The position numbers and the translations under genes were made by a program. From assembly GCA_041660605.1 (NCBI GenBank), contig JBAZWB010000001.1, forward strand, positions 137,295-201,294: a stretch of 64,000 bases of DNA, written 5' to 3'. Each line of letters opens with the position of its first letter. Position 1 is the stretch's first letter. The notes under the pieces were generated by a model. That model searched no databases, was not told the origin of the DNA, and worked only from the letters and a program-made list of their open reading frames with translations. The stretch comes from Patescibacteria group bacterium. GTDB lineage: Bacteria; Patescibacteriota; Patescibacteriia; UBA10025; JAHIVO01. Shown here piece after piece: positions 1 to 9,561 of the stretch.

Positions 1-1
1 T

Positions 2-181
2 AAAGTCAAGCTGAAAGTCAAACAAGCGCCGCCGGGCATCCGCGGAGATACGGCTCAGGGATCCGTTACCAAAAGAGTTACTCTGGAAAACGGCTATGAA
101 GTTGACACTCCGCTTTTCATCAAAGAAGGGGAGATAGTTGAAGTAAACACGGAAACAGGCAAATACGTCGGCAAGGCATAA
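2..181 (+). CDS. efp: Elongation factor P, C-terminal fragment (gene starts upstream of window)
   Basis: Frame-2 translation ...GDTAQGSVTKRVTLENGYEVDTPLFIKEGEIVEVNTETGKYVGKA* matches the EF-P C-terminal OB domain pattern; stop TAA at 179-181. Confidence 0.7.
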   Translation, partial: KVKLKVKQAPPGIRGDTAQGSVTKRVTLENGYEVDTPLFIKEGEIVEVNTETGKYVGKA

Positions 182-244
182 TTTTTTGGATAAGTAAAAT
201 AAAAACCCACTTCGTTAGAAGCGGATTTTTTATAATAAATGATT

Positions 245-1378
245 TTAGGCTAGGCCAATCTTTTTCTTGATCTTCAGCAGGTTTCTGACGGCCTGTACTC
301 TGGCTTTTTTGCTGCCCTGCTTGAGGATATTCTCTATTTCTTTCGGATTTTTTACCAGTTCCGCCCTTTTCTTGCGGAATTTTACAAAAGCGGGGTATTT
401 AACGATTTTTTCCGTCAATAATTTTTTGTATTCAGAGAATTTTATGTTGCCGCCGCTAAGCTCATCAACAAATTTGCGCCTGTCCCTGGTTTCGGTGAAA
501 ATATACAATAACATGTAGAAATTGAAGATGGCCATGAAGGTTTTGAAGTTTTTCTGGCCCAGACGGTTAGCAATGGCGCTCAGGTCTTTTTCAACTTTAA
601 CGCCTTTTTCCGGCGGGTATTTTGCAGCCATATCCTTAAATTCCGTGTTAATTTCCTTGGTATTTCTTAAAAATTCCGTAATCACATGCCGTTCCGTGCC
701 GGTGGCCGTAGGCATGGCTTTTATTTTATTCTCAATTTCCGCCGGCGAATCCGCCAGGGCGATGTATGATTTCGGCCCCAGGCTCTTACTCATTTTTTTG
801 GTCGGATCAATCAGGCTCATGATTTTCGGGGTGGGCGTGATTTTGTCTTTTGGTTCGATAAGGATTTTTCCGTAGCGGGAGTTGAAACTGCGGGCAATTT
901 CCCTGGTCAGCTCCAGATGAGGGAGCTGGTCATAGCCGACCGGCACTACTTCTGCATTATATAGCAGGATATCAGCCGCCATCAGAACCGGATAATCCAT
1001 CAGCCCCATATTAACATTATTGGCAAAACGCTCTGATTTTTCCTTGAATGTCGGCACCCGTTCCAGCCAGGCAACCGGCGTTGTGCAGTTCAGTATCCAG
1101 GCCAGGTCAGTATGTTCCGGCACGAATGACTGCAGCATGACAATGCTTTTCTTGGGATCCAGACCGCAAGCCAGAAAATCAACCGCCGTATCAAAAACGC
1201 GCTGCTCCAGTTCTTTCGGATCAGGGCCCTCCGTCAGCGCGTGATAATCAACGATGGCGAAAATACAGTCGTGCGTTTTGTCTTTCTGCAGCTCAATCCA
1301 CGATTGGATGGCGCCGAAGTAGTTGCCGATATGCAATTGTCCTGACGGCTGGATACCGGAAAAAACGATGTGTTTCAT
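245..1378 (-). CDS. trpS: Tryptophanyl-tRNA synthetase
   Basis: Class I aaRS HIGH-type motif (QPSGQLHIGNY) and KMSKS motif present; 377 aa with a C-terminal extension. Confidence 0.9.
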   Translation of the reverse strand: MKHIVFSGIQPSGQLHIGNYFGAIQSWIELQKDKTHDCIFAIVDYHALTEGPDPKELEQRVFDTAVDFLACGLDPKKSIVMLQSFVPEHTDLAWILNCTTPVAWLERVPTFKEKSERFANNVNMGLMDYPVLMAADILLYNAEVVPVGYDQLPHLELTREIARSFNSRYGKILIEPKDKITPTPKIMSLIDPTKKMSKSLGPKSYIALADSPAEIENKIKAMPTATGTERHVITEFLRNTKEINTEFKDMAAKYPPEKGVKVEKDLSAIANRLGQKNFKTFMAIFNFYMLLYIFTETRDRRKFVDELSGGNIKFSEYKKLLTEKIVKYPAFVKFRKKRAELVKNPKEIENILKQGSKKARVQAVRNLLKIKKKIGLA

Positions 1379-1596
1379 AGGTTTTATTAGGTAGCTTATG
1401 GTTTATAGCTTATAGCTCTAGGGGATTTATGAAAGTAATCGTGAAATAATTATAGGCTATTTTCCATATGCTATAAGCCATCTATTAATTATTATACCAC
1501 ATTACTCCAGATTGGGATTTTTTGCAATAAAAAAGAAGGCGGATGCTGTCCATCCACCTTCAGCCAAGTTATATGTAACTATATTTTTCAGCAGTC

Positions 1597-2034
1597 TCAG
1601 ACGACGGCTTGGCTGCTGAAAAATTCGAAATGAACTCTGATGCCGGCTTGAGGTAATGCCTTGTCTATTTCTTCAACTATGTGTTGAAGACTGGCATAAA
1701 CTATTGGCACTACTGATGCGGGAATTGCATCCGCATAATCCGTTGTACCCCACCATCCCGTATTTGGCGTGTCCAGCTTATCATTATGGATTTCCCCGGT
1801 AAGAAACCCCTTGTGGTGTGAAATGGAAAAAACATATTCACCAAATGGAATTTCGAGAATGATCTGACCGAATTTCCATTTGTTGCCTTTGATCACCGCG
1901 GATTTGCTAAGCAGCGACTCGACGGATGTAAGAATCCGCGTGATGACCTTCCTCTTCCGGTCAATTTCCTCGCACCCTCGAACGAAGCGTTCGCAGTCAA
2001 TCTTTTCAGTTGACATTTCAGTTCTCCTTTCCAT
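1597..2034 (-). CDS. Hypothetical protein (145 aa)
   Basis: Intact ORF, no motif recognised. Confidence 0.4.
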   Translation of the reverse strand: MERRTEMSTEKIDCERFVRGCEEIDRKRKVITRILTSVESLLSKSAVIKGNKWKFGQIILEIPFGEYVFSISHHKGFLTGEIHNDKLDTPNTGWWGTTDYADAIPASVVPIVYASLQHIVEEIDKALPQAGIRVHFEFFSSQAVV

Positions 2035-2246
2035 GTCTGGAAAAGCCTGTCGACTATTACGTTGTCTGTAGAATTATAACTTGGCTTTAAACGTGCAAAT
2101 TGATTTATTTAAGCAAATAATTCAGTAAGTGTCAATTGAACTAATGAGTTGTAAATTGCAGGTTTAAAATAGAAATCGCTTTGTTAGTGGTGGCTTTTTA
2201 TTAATTTTTTTGAGAAAACAGATTCTGCTTGAGTATATTTACATTG

Positions 2247-2276
2247 TTGACTTCATGAGTTTAAATAGTGTATAGT
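2247..2276 (+). promoter_or_regulatory. Sigma70-like promoter (TTGACT-N18-TATAGT) upstream of the 2308 gene, followed by a GGAGGTG RBS
   Basis: Sequence read directly; spacing is consistent with a -35/-10 pair. Confidence 0.45.
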
Positions 2277-2307
2277 AGAAAACTAACTTTGACAATTTGG
2301 AGGTGGC

Positions 2308-2820
2308 ATGAACTATTTGATAGAATTTTTTGCTTTAACTCGTGAACATGATGGATCATCCGCTGTTTGGCGCTGTCGGAATGAGCGTTTAAATGGCCAA
2401 GCGCCTTTTTTTCAGAAAGTGCTGGGTACGCAAGTGCAAATATGCAGCCGTCCGAGCGGTCTGGGCGGTTTGCCGGTAGGTGCGTTTGTGCCGACACGGC
2501 GTCCAGCCGGCCTGATTGGCATTACCCGATCCGGTCTGTGCGTGTATAGTGACTGTGATCAGGCTAATCCCGCGCCAGCGGGTAGGTTGCATCAGCGCCC
2601 GGATAAGGTGCGCAGCGGTTTACTGGACGGATCCACTGGTGAAGTAGTAGCGCTGTTTCTGGATGAGCATGAAGCAGCCGAAGCCGCAAAGCAGTCTGGG
2701 GTATTGCCTCTGGACCAGCGCTGGCACAGGCAGACCAGGGAAACGCTTGAGGCCATTGGCCTTAACCATCCGATCTTTATTTCGTCGGATCGCGATTTTC
2801 AGGAGGTTTTTTCCGTCTAA
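2308..2820 (+). CDS. Hypothetical protein (170 aa), GC-rich relative to neighbours
   Basis: ORF with good promoter and RBS; composition visibly more GC-rich than the flanking genes; no recognisable motif. Confidence 0.5.
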   Translation: MNYLIEFFALTREHDGSSAVWRCRNERLNGQAPFFQKVLGTQVQICSRPSGLGGLPVGAFVPTRRPAGLIGITRSGLCVYSDCDQANPAPAGRLHQRPDKVRSGLLDGSTGEVVALFLDEHEAAEAAKQSGVLPLDQRWHRQTRETLEAIGLNHPIFISSDRDFQEVFSV

Positions 2821-2973
2821 GCTTTCGCTGTTTTTAGAAGTGGGCGTGTCCAGTTTCCGGACACGCTTTTTTATTATTTTAAATTTTTTTTTGTGCCTGT
2901 TAAGAGTTTTTAATTATACAAACAAGCGCACCCACAGAGGGGTGCGCTTGGAGCGGTTATTATAAGGTTTGAT

Positions 2974-4686
2974 TTATACTTCTATCACAACCGGTAGCAC
3001 CATCGGCCTTCTCTGAGTTTTTGTAAACAGGAATTGTCCGATGTCGTCGCGGATCTTATTTTTGATGTACTGCTCGTCAGCTTCGGCGCGCGGTTCGCGT
3101 TCTTTAAATATCGCTTGTACTTTCTTTTTAGTCTGTTCCAATAGCTGTTTGTTCTGCTTGACATAAATGAAGCCACGGGAAATAATGTCCGGCGCATTGA
3201 GGATGTCTCCTGTTTTAGAATCTACGGTAACGATAATGACAAACATGCCGTCAGCCGCCAGCATCTGCCGGTCGCGCAGAACCACATTTGAAACGTCTCC
3301 GACCCCCAGGCCATCGACAAAAACATAATGCGAAGGGGCTTTTTGGGGAGACAGGTTCGCACCATTTTTGCTTATTTCCAAAATAGAACCGTTATCCAGA
3401 ACAAAAATATGATTTTTCGGATAGCCCCGGCGGACCACCAGTTTTTCCGCCTCCTTGAGGAAATAATGGTTGGCATAGACGGGCAGGAAATACGTGGGCT
3501 TGATTTGCTTGACGACTTCCACCAGGTCAGCGGCGTTGCTGTGCCCGCTGGAATGGACATCCATAATATCCGTATGTATGACATTGTCGCACAGTCGGTA
3601 TAAATTATCTTTTAGCCGCTGGATAGTCCGCTCATTACCGGGTATTACGGAAGACGAAAAGATAACCGTATCGTTTTTCTTTATTTTGATAAAACGATGG
3701 TTGTTGCTGATGATACGGGAAAGCACCGCCCGCGGCTCACCCTGGGCGCCGGTGCAGACGACCAGCACTTTGCGGTCGGGATATTTGTGTATCTGATCAA
3801 CGGTGATCAGCGAGCCTTTTTTAGTTTTAATGTATCCCAGCTGTCTGGCTACTTCCACATTGACTTTCATGCTGTAGCCATCCAGTGCTACTTTTTTTCC
3901 TACTTTTTGCGCCTGGTCCAGCACCCATCTGATTCTTTCCAGCTGTGAGGAAAAAGTGCCGATGATGATGCGTCCGGGCGCCTGTTCCATCAGCCTCTGC
4001 AGATTCTGGTACATTATTTTTTCCGGAGTCCTTTCTTTATTGGCCGTGGAACCCAGACTTTCCAGCATTAGTATGGTTGGTTTAGGTAATCCGGCCAGGC
4101 GGTTATAGGTGACAGGATTCCGATCCAGAGGGTCTCTCTCGTAAGTCCAATCACCGGGGTGGATAATAGTGCCCTGCGGAGTCTGCAGAATAACGCCGAT
4201 AGCATCCATGATAGAATGATCAACCTGAAAGAAATTAGCCGTGAATTTTCCCAGCCTAATATTCTGGTTAAGATTTTTGATATTGATCGTATGCAGCCGC
4301 TTGGATGCCCCTTTTTTATAATCTTCCACGCGATGTTTTATCATAGCCAGCGTCAGTGGCCGGCCGATAATCGTCGGATTATTCAGCCTTTCTAGGAGAA
4401 TCGGAGCCGCGCCGATATGGTCCAGATGTCCGTGGGAAAAAATAACCCCTCTGATATTTTTTTCCTTGCCGCGCAGATAGGCGATATTGGGAATTATATA
4501 ATCAATGCCGGGCATGTCTTCTTCCGGGAACTGTACGCCCATATCCAGAATTACAATATCGTTGCCGTATTCGAACACGGTCATATTGCGGCCGACTTCT
4601 TCCTGGCCGCCGAGTGGGATGATCCGCAGGCGGTTATCCTGATGCTGCGGTTGTCTGATTTTTTTAGTTTGTTTTTTTTGTATCAT
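2974..4686 (-). CDS. rnj: Ribonuclease J (beta-CASP metallo-beta-lactamase RNase)
   Basis: HxHxDH motif (SHGHLDHIGA), beta-CASP and RMMBL-like C-terminal region; 570 aa. Confidence 0.9.
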   Translation of the reverse strand: MIQKKQTKKIRQPQHQDNRLRIIPLGGQEEVGRNMTVFEYGNDIVILDMGVQFPEEDMPGIDYIIPNIAYLRGKEKNIRGVIFSHGHLDHIGAAPILLERLNNPTIIGRPLTLAMIKHRVEDYKKGASKRLHTINIKNLNQNIRLGKFTANFFQVDHSIMDAIGVILQTPQGTIIHPGDWTYERDPLDRNPVTYNRLAGLPKPTILMLESLGSTANKERTPEKIMYQNLQRLMEQAPGRIIIGTFSSQLERIRWVLDQAQKVGKKVALDGYSMKVNVEVARQLGYIKTKKGSLITVDQIHKYPDRKVLVVCTGAQGEPRAVLSRIISNNHRFIKIKKNDTVIFSSSVIPGNERTIQRLKDNLYRLCDNVIHTDIMDVHSSGHSNAADLVEVVKQIKPTYFLPVYANHYFLKEAEKLVVRRGYPKNHIFVLDNGSILEISKNGANLSPQKAPSHYVFVDGLGVGDVSNVVLRDRQMLAADGMFVIIVTVDSKTGDILNAPDIISRGFIYVKQNKQLLEQTKKKVQAIFKEREPRAEADEQYIKNKIRDDIGQFLFTKTQRRPMVLPVVIEV

Positions 4687-4872
4687 ATATTTTTAAAAAT
4701 TTCCAATTTCCAAGCTCTAATTTCTAATCAATTTTTTAATATCTAATGCTAATAATGCCCAATTTAAACGTTTAATTATTGGATATTGGGGTTTGGTTAG
4801 GTATTAGAAATTTGTCATTAGAAATTCAAATAGGTTTTGGATTTCGTATTTTGAGATTAGAATTTAATTATT

Positions 4873-4945
4873 TGATGCCGGAGACCCCGTACAATTCGCT
4901 TCGCTCATGTACGGGGCAGGGAGCCCCGCTAGTCAGCGGGATCTC
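4873..4945 (+). repeat. Hairpin element: 12-nt tgatgccggaga (4873-4884, copy of 5208-5219) followed by CCCCGTACA-ATTCGCTTCGCTCA-TGTACGGGG hairpin and a second CCCGCT-agtc-AGCGGG hairpin
   Basis: Perfect 9-bp inverted repeat around a CGCTTCGCTC core; same core and flank logic at 30175-30213 and 63359-63435. Confidence 0.6.
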
Positions 4946-5207
4946 ATCATTTTATTAAGTTATTGTTTTCGAGAATCTCCGCAAAAGGCGGGATGCGTCA
5001 TCTGGTAATCAATTTTAGGGGTTATAATGGGCGAAAGAGGAGTCGCCACGCCCGCTTCGACGCAGCTGCGTCTGCAGCGAGTCGGGCGGGAACCTCCACG
5101 GGATTGCTCCCACACGGCCCTGCCACCGCCATACGGCGGGGTCCCACCTCCATTTGATTGAAAATATTGTAGCGGGAAACCGTGTGTATTGCTATTGTAA
5201 ATTTTAA

Positions 5208-5262
5208 TTGGTGCCGGAGAGAGGAATTGAACCTCCAAGCCCTTGCGGGCACACGGCCCTCC
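5208..5262 (-). other. tRNA-like 3' fragment (variable arm, T-arm, acceptor 3' strand, encoded CCA); no matching 5' half found
   Basis: Minus strand reads ...GCCCGCAAGGGCTTGGAGGTTCAATTCCTCTCTCCGGCACCA. T-arm and ACCA end are clear, but no 5' acceptor or D-arm could be folded in the 124 nt before tRNA-Leu. Confidence 0.35.
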
Positions 5263-5332
5263 GCCTTTGCCCTCATTATATTCGGGCTATGGCGGACAGG
5301 TGAACAGTGCGCTTCGTGCCTGCCTGTGCCTA

Positions 5333-5416
5333 TGCCGAGAAGAGGACTCGAACCTCCATGGGCTTGCGCCCGCTAGCTCCTGAAGCTAGTGCGTCTACCA
5401 AATTCCGCCATCTCGG
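5333..5416 (-). tRNA. tRNA-Leu (anticodon CAG), type II with long variable arm, CCA not encoded
   Basis: Manual fold: acceptor GCCGAGA/TCTCGGC, D-arm GCGG..CGC, anticodon stem CTAGC/GCTAG with loop TTCAGGA, variable arm CGGGCGCAAGCCC, T-arm GGAGG-TTCGAGT-CCTCT. Confidence 0.85.
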
Positions 5417-5487
5417 CTCAGACATAGGTAGGCAGGTTTGCTAACTTGTCCCGTCGAATGACGGGGTTTCACCACTCCGGCAGAAAA

Positions 5488-7320
5488 TTACTGCCAACCC
5501 AATTTAACTTTTATATACCTGTCCTCGATGCCGTTAAAGCGATCGGAGGGTATAGTTATAGGTATATCCTTAATACCTTTAATTTTTTTTGCTGCACCAT
5601 AATTATAATACGGGCTGTAGAGAAAGACTGCGGGAACATCTTCGGCGATAATGTTTTGGAAATCTATGTAGTCCTTCGCCCGATCATCCAAATTATCGGT
5701 TTTTCTGGCTTCTTCGAGTAATTTATCCGCGTCTTTATTATAATAGTTTGATAAATTCAATCCACCGGAAACGCTTTGGCTGGAGTGCCAGAATGGATAA
5801 GGGTCGGGATCGGCGCCTAATATTTCACCGTATAAAAAAGCCTCGTAGGCCCTGGGCTTGATGACTTCCTTATCAATGCGCAGGGGATTCATAATTTTCA
5901 GTTCAATGCCGACGCCGATATTTTCCCAGTTCTCACGCAGGATATCGGCAGTTTTCAGATATTCAGGCTGGTCAACGGTGGTCAGGGAAAATTTAAGTTC
6001 GTTCCCGTCTTTTTGCCTCAGACCGCCTCCTTCAGGCACTTTCCAGCCGGCGTCGTTGAGTATCTGTTCAGCCTTGGCTTTATCAAAATCGTATTTTTTT
6101 ATATCCGGGTTATAGCCTAGAAAACCCTCAAGTATCGGCCCGTTAATGATCTGGCCTTCGTTACTAAGCGCTTCCTGCAAGATCCGGTTTCTATCAGTGG
6201 CGTAGGCCAGCGCCTGCTTTATTTCTTTTACCTTCAGCAGAGGATTTTTTTGGTTAAAAAATATGGCGGTATATTGCGGCAGCCGGAGAGAATAATTTAC
6301 AATATCCTTGTTTTTCCCGAGTGAACCGCTGTAATCTTTTGGGATATAGCTGATGCCGTCAACTTTATTATTTTGCAGAGAGCTGAGCGCGGATTCGAAG
6401 TCAGGATAAAATTTGAAAGTAATTTTTTCGATATAAGGTTTCTGATTGTAATAATCAGGATTCAGAGTCAGTAAATATGATTTTATCGTTCCAGACTGGT
6501 CTTTTACCAGTTCACTGAATTTGTACGGCCCGGAACCGATCGGTTTGGTATTATATTCCGCCAGACGGAAGTTGCTGGCAGTGACATCGCTCCAGATATG
6601 CGCCGGCAAGATGCCGATCGTCAAGTTTGAAAGAAACGGAGAAAATGGTTCATCCAGGCCGAAAGAAACAGTATAGTCATCAACTCTATTTATCGTTACA
6701 CCCTGGAAACTGGCGTAATAAGGGCTGTTAAAATCCGCTTCTTTGATGGTTTCATAAGTATAAACCACGTCGTCGGCCATCAGCGGATTGCCGTTCTGCC
6801 ATTTGACGTCCTGACGGAGATGTATGGTGTAGGTTTTTTTATCTTCTGAAATTTCATAATTCTGGGCCAAATCAGGCAGAAGCTTGAGGTTTTTATCGTA
6901 GCGGAATAATCCCGAGTAAACCAGCCGGGCGATATCGCGATCAATGTCATTCTGGGCCAGAATAGGATTGATATATGATGGCTGGCCAATCAGCGCTTCA
7001 CTGTAGCTACCGCCTGCTTTTGGCAGGTAAATAACGTGGCGCTGGTAAAAGCGAACCACTAAAAATCCGAGACTGGCGATAATCAATAAAAGCAGTACGC
7101 GGATAACTACCGCCTCCTTTTTTGTCAGGTATTTGGGTATATATTGCAGCTGCTGCCAGTTTGGGAAACGCTGCTTAGCCATGGAAAAAACGAGTTTTTT
7201 GTCCAAGTCAGTCTGTTCGGAAACAATTTCCGGTGTTTTTACCTGGCTATTGTCTGACTTTTGTCTTTTCCGAAAGATGTTTTTAGCCTGCGAAAATATT
7301 TTTGATACGTTCAGTTTCAA
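5488..7320 (-). CDS. ABC transporter substrate-binding protein, family 5 (oligopeptide/dipeptide-type), N-terminal membrane anchor
   Basis: 610 aa, N-terminal TM segment, SBP_bac_5-like sequence pattern through the mature domain. Confidence 0.7.
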   Translation of the reverse strand: MKLNVSKIFSQAKNIFRKRQKSDNSQVKTPEIVSEQTDLDKKLVFSMAKQRFPNWQQLQYIPKYLTKKEAVVIRVLLLLIIASLGFLVVRFYQRHVIYLPKAGGSYSEALIGQPSYINPILAQNDIDRDIARLVYSGLFRYDKNLKLLPDLAQNYEISEDKKTYTIHLRQDVKWQNGNPLMADDVVYTYETIKEADFNSPYYASFQGVTINRVDDYTVSFGLDEPFSPFLSNLTIGILPAHIWSDVTASNFRLAEYNTKPIGSGPYKFSELVKDQSGTIKSYLLTLNPDYYNQKPYIEKITFKFYPDFESALSSLQNNKVDGISYIPKDYSGSLGKNKDIVNYSLRLPQYTAIFFNQKNPLLKVKEIKQALAYATDRNRILQEALSNEGQIINGPILEGFLGYNPDIKKYDFDKAKAEQILNDAGWKVPEGGGLRQKDGNELKFSLTTVDQPEYLKTADILRENWENIGVGIELKIMNPLRIDKEVIKPRAYEAFLYGEILGADPDPYPFWHSSQSVSGGLNLSNYYNKDADKLLEEARKTDNLDDRAKDYIDFQNIIAEDVPAVFLYSPYYNYGAAKKIKGIKDIPITIPSDRFNGIEDRYIKVKLGWQ

Positions 7321-7340
7321 TTTAAACAGTGATTAATAAT

Positions 7341-7601
7341 TTATTGACGGATCAAAATATTCGCTACGGCCACTCCAAAGAATAAAATACTTATCACAAT
7401 GGTGACCACGAAAAGAGATTTTTCAAAACCCCGCTTCGTCCGATAAACGTTTCCGTCACCCCCTAAGGCAGTGGAAAGACCGGCGCCCTGGTTTTGCAGT
7501 AAAATTACCGTCACCAGCAGACCGGCGAGTACAATCTGCGCAATATTTAGAATGTTTTGCATATAAAAAAATATAGCTCTAAGCTTAGTATAAGGTATCA
7601 A
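7341..7601 (-). CDS. secG: Preprotein translocase subunit SecG (true start possibly at 7556, MQNIL...)
   Basis: Small two-TM protein with LLQ.QGAGL...GG pattern typical of SecG. Confidence 0.7.
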   Translation of the reverse strand: MIPYTKLRAIFFYMQNILNIAQIVLAGLLVTVILLQNQGAGLSTALGGDGNVYRTKRGFEKSLFVVTIVISILFFGVAVANILIRQ

Positions 7602-7636
7602 ATTACAGGCCTTTTGTCAAGAAAGGCCTGAACTGG

Positions 7637-7774
7637 TTATTTCCCGGCTCTTTTTATTATAATTTTTTGCAGCTTTTTCACGCTGGCTCCGGAGACTTTC
7701 ATCCGGATTTTTTTCCGCCTGGATTTTTGCTGGTTTTTTCTCTCTATCTCTCTCTGCAATTTTTCGTAATCCAT
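7637..7774 (-). CDS. Small highly basic ORF (45 aa, MDYEKLQREIERKNQQKSRRKKIRMKVSGASVKKLQKIIIKRAGK) 2 nt downstream of the uvrC stop
   Basis: Translated by hand from the minus strand; missing from the ORF track because it is under 60 aa; function unknown. Confidence 0.25.
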   Translation of the reverse strand: MDYEKLQREIERKNQQKSRRKKIRMKVSGASVKKLQKIIIKRAGK

Positions 7775-7776
7775 TT

Positions 7777-9561
7777 TTATAAGTATTCCTTAATGATTTT
7801 TACCAGTTTTTTCCCGGCAATTTTTCCCAGTTCCACCACGGAGGCGCCGGCGATTCCCTGGGTTGAACTGAAATGGGCCAGAAGTTTTTTCTTGGTTTTC
7901 GGCCCCAGCCCGGGGATTTCATCAAGGATTGATTTTTTAATTTCTTTGCCATGTTCTTTGCGAAAAAAGGCAATAGCAAAACGATGCGCCTCATCCCGCA
8001 GCCGCTGGATCAGGAAAAGGGCCGGGGAGTCAGGAGGGAAATTTACCGGCATCTCCCGGTCAGGCAGATAGATGTTCTCATGTTTTTTTGCCAGAGCCAC
8101 TGTCGGTATTTGGCGCCCAATAGCTTTTATCACTGTATTAAGCTGGCCTCGGCCGCCATCCAGAATTACCAGATCGGGTCTTGGCCACGGCCCCCTCATC
8201 CCAACCTTCTCCCCCGCAGGGGGAGAAGGGGGCAGTTTAAGGTGACCAAAACGGCGTTTGAGCATTTCCGCCAGCATCGCCGTGTCATTGGCCCCTTTGA
8301 CGCTTTTTATCTTAAATTTGCGGTACCATTTTTTATCAGGGCGGCCGTCGGTAAAAACAATCATGGAGCCAACCGGATTCTGGCCCTGAATGTTAGAAAT
8401 ATCATAAGTTTCAATGCGCCTGGGAATATGGGGTAAAGACAATAATTTTTTAAATTGCTCCAGCGCGATTTTTGTTTGAGTCTTTTCTTTTTCCCAGGAT
8501 GCTTTTTGCTGTTCCAGATAGCCTACGGCATTCTCAACTCCCAGTTCAAGATATTTTTTCTTTGTTCCTTTTTGGGGAACGATTATTCTAACTCCGAAAG
8601 TATTTTCGATAATTTTTTGGTCAGCCAGCTTTAGAGGCAAAATAATTTCCCCGGGCAGGTCGGTGGTTTGGGGGTAGTATCTTTCTAGGAAGGCCTGAAT
8701 GATCTCCCCTTCAGTCTGGCTGGCAATATTTTTCAAAATGAAATTCTGCTTGTTCAGAAGTATTCCCTGCCTGATGATGAAAAGGTTGATGCAGGCCAGT
8801 TCACGATTTTGTGCCAGGCTGACGATATCCTGGTTCTCCCGTTTGGCTGAGACGACAATCTGTTTTTCCATCAGCCTTTTGATTGACTGTATCTGGTCGC
8901 GGCAGGTGGCGGCTTTTTCGTATTGCCGGTTATGCGAAGCACGGGCCATTTTTTTCCCCAGCTCCTCGGCAATCATCCGGTACTCGCCTTTGAGAAATTT
9001 AATAATATTATTAATGTTTAATCTGTACTCACGCGGGTCACTGGGGCCCAGCAGCTGCGGATACCTTTTAACCAGGAAGTTCAAATGATATTTAGACGCC
9101 GAACGGGAAAAATTACGATGCGGAAAAAGCTTGCGCAGCAGGCGCAAAGTCTGCCTAACCGAACCGGCTGAGACGTAAGGGCCGAAATATCTGGCTTTAT
9201 CCCAGCTGATTCTCCTGACCGTAAAGACGCGCGGGAATTCCTCATCCAGCGATATTTTAATATATAAAAAGTTCTTGTCATCCTTCAAATCAATATTAAA
9301 CGGCGGCTGGCGCTTTTTTATCAGATTTGACTCTAGGAGCAGGGCTTCTGACGGCGAGGTGGTAATAATAAATTCCAGTTTGGAAATTTTTTCCACCATC
9401 AATTGCTTTTGCGGCGTCAGCTGGCTGGTCTGCCGGAAATATGAAGAAATGCGGTCTTTTAATTTTGTCGCTTTGCCAATATAAAGTATGCTGTCATTTA
9501 CATCTTTGAAGATATAAACTCCGGGTTTTTTGGGTATTTTTTGCAGGCTGATTTTTTTCAT
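7777..9561 (-). CDS. uvrC: Excinuclease ABC subunit C (start moved to MKKISLQKIPKKPGVYIF)
   Basis: GIY-YIG N-terminal motif (GVYIFKD...ILYIGKA), UvrC central and HhH C-terminal regions. Confidence 0.9.
   Translation of the reverse strand: MKKISLQKIPKKPGVYIFKDVNDSILYIGKATKLKDRISSYFRQTSQLTPQKQLMVEKISKLEFIITTSPSEALLLESNLIKKRQPPFNIDLKDDKNFLYIKISLDEEFPRVFTVRRISWDKARYFGPYVSAGSVRQTLRLLRKLFPHRNFSRSASKYHLNFLVKRYPQLLGPSDPREYRLNINNIIKFLKGEYRMIAEELGKKMARASHNRQYEKAATCRDQIQSIKRLMEKQIVVSAKRENQDIVSLAQNRELACINLFIIRQGILLNKQNFILKNIASQTEGEIIQAFLERYYPQTTDLPGEIILPLKLADQKIIENTFGVRIIVPQKGTKKKYLELGVENAVGYLEQQKASWEKEKTQTKIALEQFKKLLSLPHIPRRIETYDISNIQGQNPVGSMIVFTDGRPDKKWYRKFKIKSVKGANDTAMLAEMLKRRFGHLKLPPSPPAGEKVGMRGPWPRPDLVILDGGRGQLNTVIKAIGRQIPTVALAKKHENIYLPDREMPVNFPPDSPALFLIQRLRDEAHRFAIAFFRKEHGKEIKKSILDEIPGLGPKTKKKLLAHFSSTQGIAGASVVELGKIAGKKLVKIIKEYL

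Noticed and set aside
5208-5332. tmRNA whose tRNA-like 3' end is the CCA-bearing fragment at 5208
   Set aside because: Only 124 nt are available before the intact tRNA-Leu, and no tag-peptide reading frame or GGGG 5' end is present.
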